Source: Oopsacas minuta (lineage: Eukaryota > Animalia > Porifera). From it: a DNA stretch of 64,000 bases. The translations under genes were made by a program, and so were the position numbers. The notes under the pieces are model-generated. The model saw only the letters and a list, made by a program, of their open reading frames with translations. It ran no database searches and was not told the origin of the DNA. The stretch covers positions 1 to 64,000 of the forward strand of contig JAKMXF010000361.1 in the NCBI GenBank assembly GCA_024704765.1, in the 5' to 3' direction. Below are positions 33,070 through 45,300 of this stretch, piece after piece. Position 1 is the first letter of the stretch. Every line of letters starts with the position of its first letter.

Positions 33070-34392
33070 ATGGCTACAGCATTATCTGAAGAAATAGAAG
33101 ATCTGTTATATTTGAAGTTGGACAGGGTGGGATATGCTGGATATAAAACTGAATTCTTGCTGAACAGGTTTGATAACGAGATGTGCTGTGTCTCGTGTTT
33201 GGGTTTAGCTCAGATGCCGACTAGAATAACAACTTGTAACCACATAGCTTGTAAATCCTGTCTGGATAATATTCTTAGTTCTAACTTGTCAATATGTCCA
33301 GCTGATAACCGGGAGTTTACAGGTAAACACATACAAGGAGATGCTAACATGGCAAAGCGTATAGGAGAGATTGGTGTGTGTTGTCCTCTTCAAGGGAGAG
33401 GATGTGTGTGGGAGGGTAAACTTAAACTTTGTTACACTCATCTCCTCTCTTGTACTTCCCGTCCTACTATAACAAAAATACGATGTGAACACTGCAATGA
33501 GATGTTCAATAGCATAGAACTAGCTAGACAGCACAAGGATATGTGTCCAGCACTCAAGATACCTTGTCCTAATCAATGTGAATCAGACGTAATAGCCAGG
33601 TCACTTATTCCCCAACATCTGAAAGAGTGTCCTAACTCTGCTATCCATTGCCCATTACAGAATATTGGATGTGATTTTATGTGTATGAGATCTGCTATTG
33701 GTCAGCATATGAGCAATGAGATAGTACGTCACACTACACTAATCGGTATAGCACTGAATAGTTTAATGAAGAATAATGAGACTAGTAATACAGGTTATAA
33801 TACACAGGTTAATGAGAGGATTGCAAGACTTGAAGTGATGGTAGCAGTCAGAGATAAAGATATTTCTTTCTTAAAGACTCAATACAGAGTATTGTCAGAT
33901 AAACTCATAGAATACGAGAATACACCAATCCCAGATTACACGTATAATCCATTCTGTTGGGTAGTAAATGATATTCAGACTAAGAGAGCTAACAACTGTG
34001 AAGTTATGAGTCCCTGTGTGTATTCAGCTCCGGGAGGTTATGCTCTTGTGTTCAAACTTGTTATCAACGGTTTAGGTATGGGACGAGGCACTCACTTATC
34101 TGTAATAACATATCAATGTAAAGGAGTATTTGATTCTAAGCTTAAATGGCCTGTTAAGTTTAAATTCACATTCTCAGTTCTGAATCAATCACAAGATAAG
34201 GATCATATTCAGTTTATGAAACTTTTTAATTTCAGCTCCCCCGTTCTCGCTTCAAATACTACGTCACTTGAACACCTCGTTATTCCTGATTTAGTGTCAT
34301 ATCGAGATATGATGAAGGCTTCTGGAGAGCTATTACACTACATCCTAGATGATAAGATTTCTATACGAATCCTTATTCAATCGTGTGAGTAG
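33070..34392 (+). CDS. TRAF: TNF receptor-associated factor-like (RING, TRAF zinc fingers, coiled coil, MATH), intronless
   Basis: C3HC3D RING (CVSC..CNHIACKSC..CPAD), CPLQGRGC.W.G, CEHC..H..MCP, CPNQC..HLKECP, MATH with SPCVYSAPGGY, THLSV, LKWP..FSVLNQ. Confidence 0.9.
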   Translation: MATALSEEIEDLLYLKLDRVGYAGYKTEFLLNRFDNEMCCVSCLGLAQMPTRITTCNHIACKSCLDNILSSNLSICPADNREFTGKHIQGDANMAKRIGEIGVCCPLQGRGCVWEGKLKLCYTHLLSCTSRPTITKIRCEHCNEMFNSIELARQHKDMCPALKIPCPNQCESDVIARSLIPQHLKECPNSAIHCPLQNIGCDFMCMRSAIGQHMSNEIVRHTTLIGIALNSLMKNNETSNTGYNTQVNERIARLEVMVAVRDKDISFLKTQYRVLSDKLIEYENTPIPDYTYNPFCWVVNDIQTKRANNCEVMSPCVYSAPGGYALVFKLVINGLGMGRGTHLSVITYQCKGVFDSKLKWPVKFKFTFSVLNQSQDKDHIQFMKLFNFSSPVLASNTTSLEHLVIPDLVSYRDMMKASGELLHYILDDKISIRILIQSCE

Positions 34393-35668
34393 GGAGATTT
34401 ACAAATTGCATTTCGTGTTTGAGTTATTCAATTTAGATTTGATAAACATAGAGCATTTCATTGCACACAAAATGTACCTTCAAGATATGTCGTTATGTAT
34501 ATATTGTGTATACATTTTCCTGTCTTTTGCTTTTGTAAATCTTCTAATTATTCAGCTCCATTATTTTCTCCTTTATTCGTCCTTGAGTTGCTCGGATCAG
34601 TTCATATGAATGGAGTTTGTTTCAGATTCGTTTTCTCATCTATTTAACTATAAAGGCATAGACATATCTTGTTAATAGTAAATTTACATATTAACTTTCC
34701 TTTACGAGATAATTATCTTACTTAATTAATCAATTCTAACTAATTCTATTTGTATTATTTATGAGTTAATTACTTTTCGAGTTGGTAAAATCCTATGAAA
34801 TTTACTTAGACAAATTTATTTTAATTATAATTCTTATCTTTTGGCAATAATTGAAATTTATCCAAGAGATTTCAATCCGGTGTACTCAGGGGTAATACCA
34901 ACTCCTTACCTATCCGAGTAAGTATAATACGAATGTACTATACTACAATTATATTTCCATCTAATTACAAATATTTGTGAATATGAAGTTCTCGTTTCAA
35001 CAGCTAGTCTTTTGACATTTTTTTCATATCTACAATTCTACATAATTTATCATATTTTCACACCTTAACTCTTCCCAGAACTTCTAACACATACAGTGCA
35101 GACACCAAAACTAACTACACAATAAAATATGAATATTGCTGATACTACTATCCTAGCTTTTAGAAAAAGTATGGGAGACTAAGGAACTCAATATCAAATA
35201 TATAAGTTACTATATAGCATTGAATTATGTTAAAGTTCATTCGATTTGTTGAACTTCAGATATTTTATATTTATACAAGCTATTTACGAACACATATAAT
35301 TATACAATATGTAATTACCAATTGAATAGATAATATATTCTTAACTCCTTGGAAAATACTGACAAAATATCTTTAATTAATTAAAGAAGAGTTTAATCAA
35401 TAGCTCTATATTGTTCATTTGATTTTTGTTGGTTCGATTTTGAAATTCGATCATATTGGTATAGTCAGGGTCGCTTATTATGAACCAAGTGGCTCAAATA
35501 AACTCATAGGATTTATATCACGTAATATAAGTTCCCTTAAAGGTAATCGATAAGGGATTACAATCTGATGAAAGTCAAGACCAATAATCAACAGTTTAGA
35601 AAGAAAAGATTGTTTCTACATTCTCAAAACAGGAAATATGAAATATCTGAATCTAGCTAAATATTGCA

Positions 35669-36458
35669 AACTTATTCACGTTAATAGTCTCCTTTTCATT
35701 TCTGACGACTTTATGGGCATATTCCGCACAATGTGCATCTACACTGGCTACCAATCTACCTATAAACACAACTACCTTCAGAACCTGTAATGCTTCTTAA
35801 GTTCTCAAAAGGAAACTTATTAAAAACCTGACATTAGGAATCTTGATATTGTCCCTCAGTGTATCTGTATCACTTGCTTTCTCACAAATAACAATCCTAA
35901 CTTTGTGCTGAACTGGATACCTTACACATACGAGAGCTATCACATATCTATACGGATATTCACATATATTATTATCATCTTTCCTGTTATTCAAGTCATC
36001 TCTTGTTTTCTCTTATAACCACTTTGCAGACAAACATTATATTTAAGTTTGTTATGCAGATGGACACGTCACAAATGGAAACTGACAGACAAAACTTAGT
36101 ATCAATTAGGTGTTTGGTAGGACTAGTCCCTATATTGTTATCTCTATTTATTGCTAACTTGATTGTAATTACTGATATTACAAGAGTATTCTTAACTCCA
36201 TTATCATTTATGATACCTGTAGTAATTCAGTGGAGGTCACAGAGACTTATTGAGATAATGTACGGTTTGTCAGAGCGTGTCTCACAAGTTAATATTAGTA
36301 TCTATGCTAGTATAAAGCTATTGCTGTTCACTATACAGCACATACTCCTTCGCTCAGGATGGTACAGTGGGTTATGTGTACAGATTTCTGTTGGAATTAT
36401 CTCTGTTAATTCACTAGTAATAGCTGTTGCTATCGTTATTATACTGTGTTGTACGTGA
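35669..36458 (+). pseudogene. Decayed TMEM104-like / amino-acid-transporter-fold gene
   Basis: Fragments FLTTLWAYSAQCASTLATNLPIN..C, LNWIPY..RIFTYIIIIFPVIQVISCF / LITTLQTNI and RCLVGLVPILLSLFIANLIVITDIT..FMIPVVIQWRS, separated by stops and frameshifts. Confidence 0.45.
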
Positions 36459-36951
36459 TGTTAGTATTGACATCAGTACAGTTTAATGCTAAATTTTGCT
36501 CTGATTAGACTTTTCTGATACGTATATACATTTGTCAGCCCTGCAGCATTTCAAGCGCCATTATTAAAACTATCATACAATTATCTATTTTAATAAATCT
36601 GAATTGTTGTCAGTCGAGCTTCGAGTTGTATTCGTTTGTCTTAATTCTCGCTTTGCAAACTCCCCAATATACTGGGCCCGCTTATTTACTTTTAATTATT
36701 TCCATTCTCAACGGCATATTTTAATTTCAATTGCTATCCATGGCATGGAGTTGGGTGGTCGTTCGTACCTCAGGGTGTGTATGGGAGGTTCCACTTTACG
36801 ACATTTTCGCATTAGTTAAACAAACCCTATATTAATGATCAAAATTTAGACAAAACACAGACAAACAACAAACAACCAAACAGTAAACAATCTAGATCAA
36901 ATTAATAATATAGATTTTATCATTTATACGTAATTAATACTCTACAATTAG

Positions 36952-37248
36952 ATGATCAGTATCCAGTATTTGGGTAGAGTTCTCACTTGTGGAAGACAAT
37001 ATGCTAAAGTAAATGTATCAAAAATGAAACTCAATCCCGACGTTAAGATGCTTTACAAGTGGAGAAGAAAATATTTTACAGTTGACAGTGACAACCAATG
37101 CAAGCCAGGCGATCTAGTGGTTATTCGTAATCTATATAGAAAAGTGGGTAAATGTAACTTCGAACTGGTGAAGGTCATAGAGAGGGCACAGTCTTATGTC
37201 CACCCAATAACGGGAAATGTTACTTACCAAGATAATTTCAAGGATTAG
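36952..37248 (+). CDS. MRPS17: Mitochondrial ribosomal protein S17 (uS17m), intronless
   Basis: GRV..AKV.V.KM.LNP..K..KWRRKYF..D..QCKPGDLVVIR..ELVKVIE...VHPITG matches uS17m. Confidence 0.85.
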   Translation: MISIQYLGRVLTCGRQYAKVNVSKMKLNPDVKMLYKWRRKYFTVDSDNQCKPGDLVVIRNLYRKVGKCNFELVKVIERAQSYVHPITGNVTYQDNFKD

Positions 37249-38548
37249 AATAGTTTAATTATTTAATATATTCTGTGATATTATCATTTAATAAACTGAT
37301 TCAATGATTTTAGTGTGAAAAATATAATTTAATCACTGAGTTTGAAAATGTCAAATTTGGAATCTACCAACTCGATTACACCTGACTAGCAGTTGTAACG
37401 AAATGTCTAGTATGATTGTGAAATATGATTAATCACCAAAAAGGAGTCAAATATTCACTTTGGAAAAAATTCATACCCAAGGTGCAAATCTCCGACCCAA
37501 ATGTGTATGTAGAGAAATTTTCATATTAATCGGATTGCTAGTTTTCGCACGGACGGACGGATGCCATTAGGGCAATTCCCTATAGGAGCTGCAATAAAAT
37601 AATGTATTTATTACATAAAAAGTGCCCGAATTTAAATCGTATCAAGCAAATAGGTTTGTAGGAAATTTATGTATTTAGTCCTGAAAAAAAGCAAAAAATG
37701 TTTTCATCCTTTTAAAAGATACCTTGGTATCAAGATTATAGACGACCCCAAAATTACTATTATCTAGTCCATTCGGAATATGTATGATCAAAGACTCAAA
37801 TGTGAAAGGCTATCAATTTGCTGAATCGTGATGACCCCATGTAACTTAATAAGTTTAAACTTTCAATTCCTGGTATTGAAGGCATGGAAGTGCCAAAACA
37901 CATTACATTATAGATTATAATTTATATACGACGGAAATGGAATTTATATTTCCTCTTTTCAAATTTGAAAATATTAATCAGGCCATGCCGTATAGACAAT
38001 TTTGTGTTTATCATGTTATCCTTGTAAATGAAAATATAAATTGTGTATTATTTGTAATTACTATAGTAACTGTAAATAGATGATTCGCAAAGCAACATAC
38101 ACATGTTAAAACTATGACACGAAAATAATATTTGTATTTAATCCCTCTCCTACCCTCAGTACTCTCAGTGGATACATGAATAACAAATATAATATGTGCT
38201 ATAATATAAGCAAACAGATACTAGGATGTCATATTCACAACATTACTTAGCTCCCTTGTGCAACATAGGTTCCTGTGGACTTTCATTGTTTGTGGAAACA
38301 TGCGTAGGACGAATTCAGGATATTAGATATTACTGATATGTGAGTGCTAAAGTAAAGGAAGAGTGAAACATTTTGCAAATATTCCGCTGTTAGTGGTAAA
38401 AAACAAAATATTGAATTAGGTAGGTTAGATTAAGTAAAATCAATTTGACGTTTCATTAATAATTTAATAACTATGAATCTCATATTTCGCTGAAACTATA
38501 TTTAGAAATTGCTAGAATTATTGATTTCCTAATTGCTAAAACTAAAAG

Positions 38549-39409
38549 TTAAGCTTCTCCGTCTGAAGTAAGAATAAGAGTTCTGTACCCACTGATCTGA
38601 GAGGAGAGAGGTCTTACATATCTCTTGGGGAGATTACGTTCCACAGGATTGATATGTTTTGCCAAATGTTTCTTTAGAGTACATTTGAATTTGAAGAACT
38701 TTATACAATCAGGGTATGTACATTTGTATCTTGATACCCGGTCATGTGCTGTGATTACATGTACTTTAAGATTTCTCTTCCTGGTGTATACTTTAGCACA
38801 ATCTGTGTGAGTACATGCGAATAATGTCCTTGTATCGCTGTGAAGTGGAATGTGCTGTCTAAGATTTGAAATATTGGAAAATTTCATTTTACATTGTATA
38901 CAAATAATCTCAGATTTTATCATTGTTGTGTTATTCTTTCCTTTGTTTGGAAAGTTGGAATCTTCATTATGTTTACTATTTGTATTCATTTCATTCCTAT
39001 TTGTTAATGAATTACTAATTTCTGTTGATTCAGTTATTTTATTGTCATTTACCAAGTTAGTTTTACTATTAGTTATACATTGTAAATTACTTAGTGCTTC
39101 AGTAGAGTTTGTATTTATGTAATTATATTGTTTTCTTGACTTCTCTTTATTCTGACTGTCTGATTGTATCTTGTTGTGATGTGAGAGCCGATGACGTTGT
39201 AAATGGCAGAGTTGAAAGTATCTTTTATTGCAATTACTTTCTGGACAGACAAACGGTCTGATTTTTGCATGAGATAGGATGTGAGTGCGTAGAAGACAAG
39301 GCTTATGGTACTTCTTATTGCAACCCAAGTAAGGACAAAGGAATTTCTTATTAACCTTTCGCTGCTTATCAGAACTTAGCAAAGAATTCGCTACGCTGTC
39401 TTGCTGCAT
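38549..39409 (-). CDS. GTF3A: TFIIIA-like C2H2 protein with only five fingers, intronless
   Basis: Two C-x4-C fingers, a 90-aa N/T/S-rich linker, a C-x2-C finger, two C-x4-C fingers and C-terminal RPLSSQISGY, matching the TFIIIA tail motif RSLASHLSGY. Confidence 0.7.
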   Translation of the reverse strand: MQQDSVANSLLSSDKQRKVNKKFLCPYLGCNKKYHKPCLLRTHILSHAKIRPFVCPESNCNKRYFQLCHLQRHRLSHHNKIQSDSQNKEKSRKQYNYINTNSTEALSNLQCITNSKTNLVNDNKITESTEISNSLTNRNEMNTNSKHNEDSNFPNKGKNNTTMIKSEIICIQCKMKFSNISNLRQHIPLHSDTRTLFACTHTDCAKVYTRKRNLKVHVITAHDRVSRYKCTYPDCIKFFKFKCTLKKHLAKHINPVERNLPKRYVRPLSSQISGYRTLILTSDGEA

Positions 39410-39619
39410 TCAATAACACAGCCAATTTGTAACTAATTACAAAGTTTGTAGACAATGTCAAGTTACAAATGAACCTCAAAACTATTATTATTTCAAACAA
39501 CCAGTGAAACAATCAAATAACTATGATTTCTAAATACAACTTGTAATATACAAATTTATACTTGCTCAGTTGTTCTATTATTTAATAATATTACCTTATA
39601 TAATTAATTTACATGTATA

Positions 39620-41700
39620 ACATAACAATTAAATTGTATAATACAGAGCAATGAGTACATAAGTAAAGTCATAAAGGGTAAGTAGTGAATCCATGTGATT
39701 GATCCTTGTTGTAATGAACTATTAATTTGAGATAACCAGTGTAAGAATTCAGTCTGTAGTATTGAGCTCCTTTAAATATCTCTCCATCGCTCAGTTAATA
39801 CAGTGGAGCAGCTAGCTGTACGTGAAATTTATTCAACCCGTAACATACCATTGATTGCATCCTATGTATCTGAGGATTGATAAAAAATACTAATATTAAT
39901 AATATCAATCTATATTATTAAATCTCAATTGTTGTTTGTTTGTTTGTTTGTCCGTTGTCAAGGAAAGGATTTACTGTATGCAAATTTGAAATTGTAGCAT
40001 AACTATGTATTTTCGTGTTTATCAAGGAAGTAAATAGAATTCAATAAAACTTCACTAAATATATCGAACATGCTGAATCCGATTTTCACACTTTTGGATT
40101 AATCATATGTAAATTTATTGTTGTTTTTATGAATATAAAGTAAACAATTATACAAATCTCAAAATATACGTCGAGCCAAAGGCTTGTATGATTTATAAAA
40201 CGCAAAGCACTAAATAACATATGCTCTCTAATTATGATACATTAGAATTAGAACTCAGGTAGTATAGTATGTGGTGGGATAAGACGTACTTCGGTTAACA
40301 CGTACTAAATATTCTGAACACAAATTAATTAACATATATCAGCATACATTTCTATGTATACTCGGGTAGTATGTACCTGTGCTTTCGAATGGCTAGTATA
40401 CTTTGTCGATTTCCCAGAGTGGTTACGTATTATTCGAGTTCTACTGTATCAATCAGTAGAGTAACTAATACATACACCAATATATTTCTTAATAGTTATC
40501 AACCGTAATATTCATAGAGTAAGCATTGGAAGGGCCAAAGGGGATGATAAAGTCATAGTGTACATATTATCCGTTTTATAATCGTGTCATATTAACGAGA
40601 GTACATGAATCTTAAAAATGAAATCCTATCTAGATGCACTATTGATACTAAATTCTCATATTTCCACCTGACACAATTATCACTGAGATAAGCAAGTTTA
40701 CTTATCTAAACACATCCTTATACCCAATTCTATTCAATATCTCTTGCCATAAAATCCAAAAATTGTGTGTAGCAAACTTATCCATCATTATCAACTAAGT
40801 GTAAACCAATTGAATGAATAATAATAATTTTAACGTGGTTATCTCAATTAGATCCTACTTCAAATATGTCCCCATAATTACACAATTATATATTCAACCC
40901 CACATCCTGTTGTAGTATTTCTTTTAATAATTAATAATCAAATCCATGCGTGCATTTACAACCTTATGGATTCACCAAATCTGTGTGTATAATAGTGTTC
41001 ACCTATACACGGTTAGTTGATTACTTGTACCGATATATTTCTATTAGCAAGTTTATCCAGGGGCATAGAGTGCTTGTTAAGAGTAATATTGAGATTACCT
41101 TAGTACTTAAATTCAGATCCGTATTGTACATATCTTAGTCCAGTTCCTATAGGTTTATAGCTAGGGCAATGCCTTATGGCATGGATGATGCAATGTGCAA
41201 TGTCCATACATCCGCACGATCCTAACAAAACTAACAGTCGATTAATATAAATGGTACATAAGTAAACATGATAGGGTGGAAATTTTCACCTGGGTGTGTA
41301 AAATTTATAGAATGATATTTTACATCCTTTTCTGGATTAATTATTTTCATGAAAACTTAGCTTAATGTCTCACTCTCATAATGTAAATATTGTATTTGCT
41401 GAGTACGTAGTGAGCAAATCCACATCCAAGTTCTTAAGTAATAGTTTAACAAAGCACTCTTGTATTAGAATTGTACCCACTAAAAGTTATTGACTATGGA
41501 TGGACCCTAATTTGTAAAATGATCTGTGCTGAGAATCTAAAGTTTGAATATAATTTCCTTAGTAATTATCCAATATGTCAATTGTCACTTGGGCTTGGTG
41601 TGTATCAATATCACTTTTCTGATGACTTATCTAACTTATTTCAATAGTAAAGCTAATTTTATCTATTCCATATCAGCATTACTTGACACAGTTAATTTTA
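39620..41700 (-). pseudogene. Heavily eroded YWTD/EGF receptor-like remnants
   Basis: Stop-riddled fragments LDKSSEK*Y*YT, HP*SITFS, SMP*GIALA, GCGVEY..CNYG..LVDNDG*VC and LY*LSDG. Splice-like boundaries at 41109 and 41231. Confidence 0.3.
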
Positions 41701-42399
41701 CATACTTACACGCCAGTTTATTGAATTTAATATTGTAAACATGATCTAAGCAAATTACATGCTTTGTGGGTCAGTGGGTGTATCGCATCACGTATGCTAA
41801 TATGGCAATTTATTGTGCAAAAAGCAATCTGCCTCAAAGAATTTATTTTTTTCAACATCACAGACTTGCTATTTGAAAATCATTATTCATTACTCGTTCG
41901 TACTGCAGATGGTCAAATAACATCTATTTAATCTATACTCCCTTGTGTTTGATATTTTTGATAATTATTTAGGGCCGACTACATGTTCCAATTTGTGGCA
42001 TTTTGAATAGATTGCCTCAACATATTAGTGCATATGTCTACAATGTATCGTAATTGTGTTTGAATTCTTTGATTGAAAATTGAAAGATTTTTCTTTGGGT
42101 AACACATCTGCGCGTGTATCATTTTATTATTTATAATCCAATACAAATTACTTACAGGTGTCTCTTTAGATAAACAACTTCATTTACGTAATTATTAGTT
42201 TACAATAGAACTTTGTCTGCCCTTTGTTAAGAGAGTGGGTCTAATTACGAGGATAGTTATACTATTCTAATGTATGTATTTGTACTAATCAGTGTAGCTT
42301 AATAATTCTGGGTAGCAAGATAACTAGGAAGTAAAGCATATACCTAGGGGGGATAATTATTCGTGTTTTACTAGTAGAAAGGTTTGTATTATGATGAGT

Positions 42400-45300
42400 A
42401 GTTATGTTCAATATAACTTGCTTGTCTAGACTGGAGGAATATTTTATTAGGATATAAGTGTCAACATAGCATCGACCTGTGTAATTACAACTAAGTTAGC
42501 TAAAATAATAGATTTTATTTGAATTCGTCAAATCACGGAGGTATGCTGGATAGATTTAATAAGATAGAGTACTTCAATGACATTATCGAGATTCTAAATT
42601 TCTGATTATGAAACTCGAAACTCAACAGTAGTAGCAAGCAGCCTCGTTCTGACATCTTGTTCAATTTCAGTGATATCACTAATGATTCTTCTATCGATTT
42701 ATTTCTACACTGACATTTGAGTAATTAATTGGATGTTGAAAATAATGCAAAAGCGTTCTTTATTAAAACCTATCACGACATAATGTTACTATTTGAACAA
42801 TTTTTATGAACGTGTAATGTTATTCTTTGCGACTGCTGTAACAAGCATTGAAGCCTTGTCATTACATTTCCACACACTAAGCTAAGTAGCCCCTAGTAGA
42901 TGGAATAGCTAATTGATCCATTAAATGCACTGATAAAGTATAAACTGACAGTAAATACAATAAATAAAGTTTTCAAATTACTCGGACTCGCGGCTACTGA
43001 GTACACAAAGAATAATGAGATGCAAAAACATTCCAATTTTGTAACATTTTGAAATTGAATAGGAATCACATGAACATTGTTCTATGAGCCAAAAAACATG
43101 TATTTTTGATAGATAAAGACAAGATTGTTTTCGTAACTCATTCATCTCGTTGTCAGGACAAGGTGCTTACAATATGCCCTCTGAACTGAATATTTATGCA
43201 AACCTGAATTGTGAGAAAAAGTTGTAGAATATATGTTATTCCGCTAAGAACCAAACAATTGGAATCCTAAAAATTGGATTAACGAAACCAAATAATAATT
43301 ATAATCTACTATAATATTAAAAATATAAAGGTGTAAGTATATCGATAAATTTGGCTAAAAACTTTTATGTTAATTAACTGATCAGTTGAATTTGTCTGCC
43401 TTCTGCTCTTTGATATTCAGACGAAAAACTAATCACAAAAATGTTCTAGAATTGATTAATCAATAAGGTATTTCGTGATGTTTATGGTGTATTAGAATTC
43501 TGAGATTAAAATTACATAATACAGTGGTTACTGGGTATAAGAACATCGTCGGGAATTGTATTTAATGTTCTTATAACCGACATGTCGTACACAATGGATA
43601 TCGCTTTTAGGAACACACTTGGGATAGCAAAAAATGTTCTTTTAACTAGTATTTTCGTATTGCCAGCTACTTTACACATTAATACATGAGAAATCTCCAG
43701 AGGATGTTTATATCAATTGAGTAGAATACAAAAGATTCGGTTAATCGAGCTAGAGTTCTTATATCCGGTACAGTATAGTAGTTATCACATCCTAATACAT
43801 CGTAAGGACAGTTAGAAATTTCAATTAACAAATTTCTTACCGAATTTACATTATTAATATGGATAGTTTAGTAGGAAAGAATTCTGTGAAATATAATACA
43901 AAGAACTTTAATTGAGAAAACGTATTACAAATCGGATGGGTCATTATTAACTGTAAATCGCAGTATATTGTAATAGTTTAGAGTTGATTACTGGAAATTT
44001 TAATCGTGTTCACACATCTGTACATGTTGTATAGAAATAAAATCAAAGGATTCTCATGATCCATTTTATATTTCTGAAAATATTTAGATATTATTAATGG
44101 AGTGATTCAGAAAACAATCAAACCAGTGTCTCACTCAGCTGATTGGTTTCCAACCATTGAAACATTGTAGATACTTAAACAATTTCTCTAAAATCCGGTT
44201 TTGTGTATTGAGATGGTGAATCTGTAGCTAATTGCAGTTATTATGCTTCATAATTCTGTCTTACATCATAGAAATTATATTTAAACCAAAATATTAGTTT
44301 TGGTATACCAATGTCTATCGAAATATTTCCATTAAAAAGTCCTATCCAATCGTAAACAAAAAAATACAATTAGTTTGTCATTAATATTATTCCTTTGATG
44401 AAATAAAGCAGGTGTATAAAATTAAAAATATTAGAAATTAATAAATAAAATTTTCGCTAGGAACTATATAATGTAGAGATAAGGTCTACATATTGTATGG
44501 CTGTATATGTCACCGAGAATGCCAAAGAAACAAGATGGCAACTGGTATTTATTATTATGTTGATTTAGAAATATTCATTGGCCCTTATTCAATGTAAATT
44601 GTATCTTATTTGATATTCTAATATGAAGAATCTATTAGTCCTGCATTTTAACAAATATATTATTTTCGTGTCTAGTAAATGTAAATTTGTTCTTTCATCT
44701 AACAGTCTAACATATACAGTAAAATATATTAATTGGGCCTTTTTTCCGAGTACCAATTGGTAACAAACAGTCAAAGTCATAGAATGGGTCAAACTGTCAC
44801 GATGCAGGTAGTCCAATTATGTGGAATTCATTTTTACCATAAATATATTTTGGTATAGAAATAGTAATTTTGAGCTAATTTTTCAACGTTATCGTTGTAC
44901 ATTTATAAAAATGGCGCCAACTACCTAAGAACTAGTCATGTAGTCGTATATATGAATCCTCAAAGAAGTTCAATTTGCAAACAATAAAAGAACGAGGCTA
45001 AAACTGGTCTTCTTGGCCGTAATGGCGACAACATATATGAACTCTAAAAGGAATAGCAGTTTCAACATATACATAGAGTAGTTTGCTTTTAGCCTCAGTA
45101 AACAATAATATTCATTCATACACCCTTTTGCTCTCATGATTAATTTTGTCAGATTTTTTAGCAATGATAAGTATTACTTATTCGAAATTAATAGTAAATT
45201 CATTCCTTCATTAAATATCATTACTCACTGCTTAGAGGATCATAGCAAATTCTCTAATTGAAAAAGATAAACGAATATACTGGTATAATAGAGACAGACC

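Noticed and set aside
36740-36815. GC-richer island before MRPS17 considered as tRNA, snRNA or SL RNA
   Set aside because: No cloverleaf, A/B boxes or Sm site recognisable.
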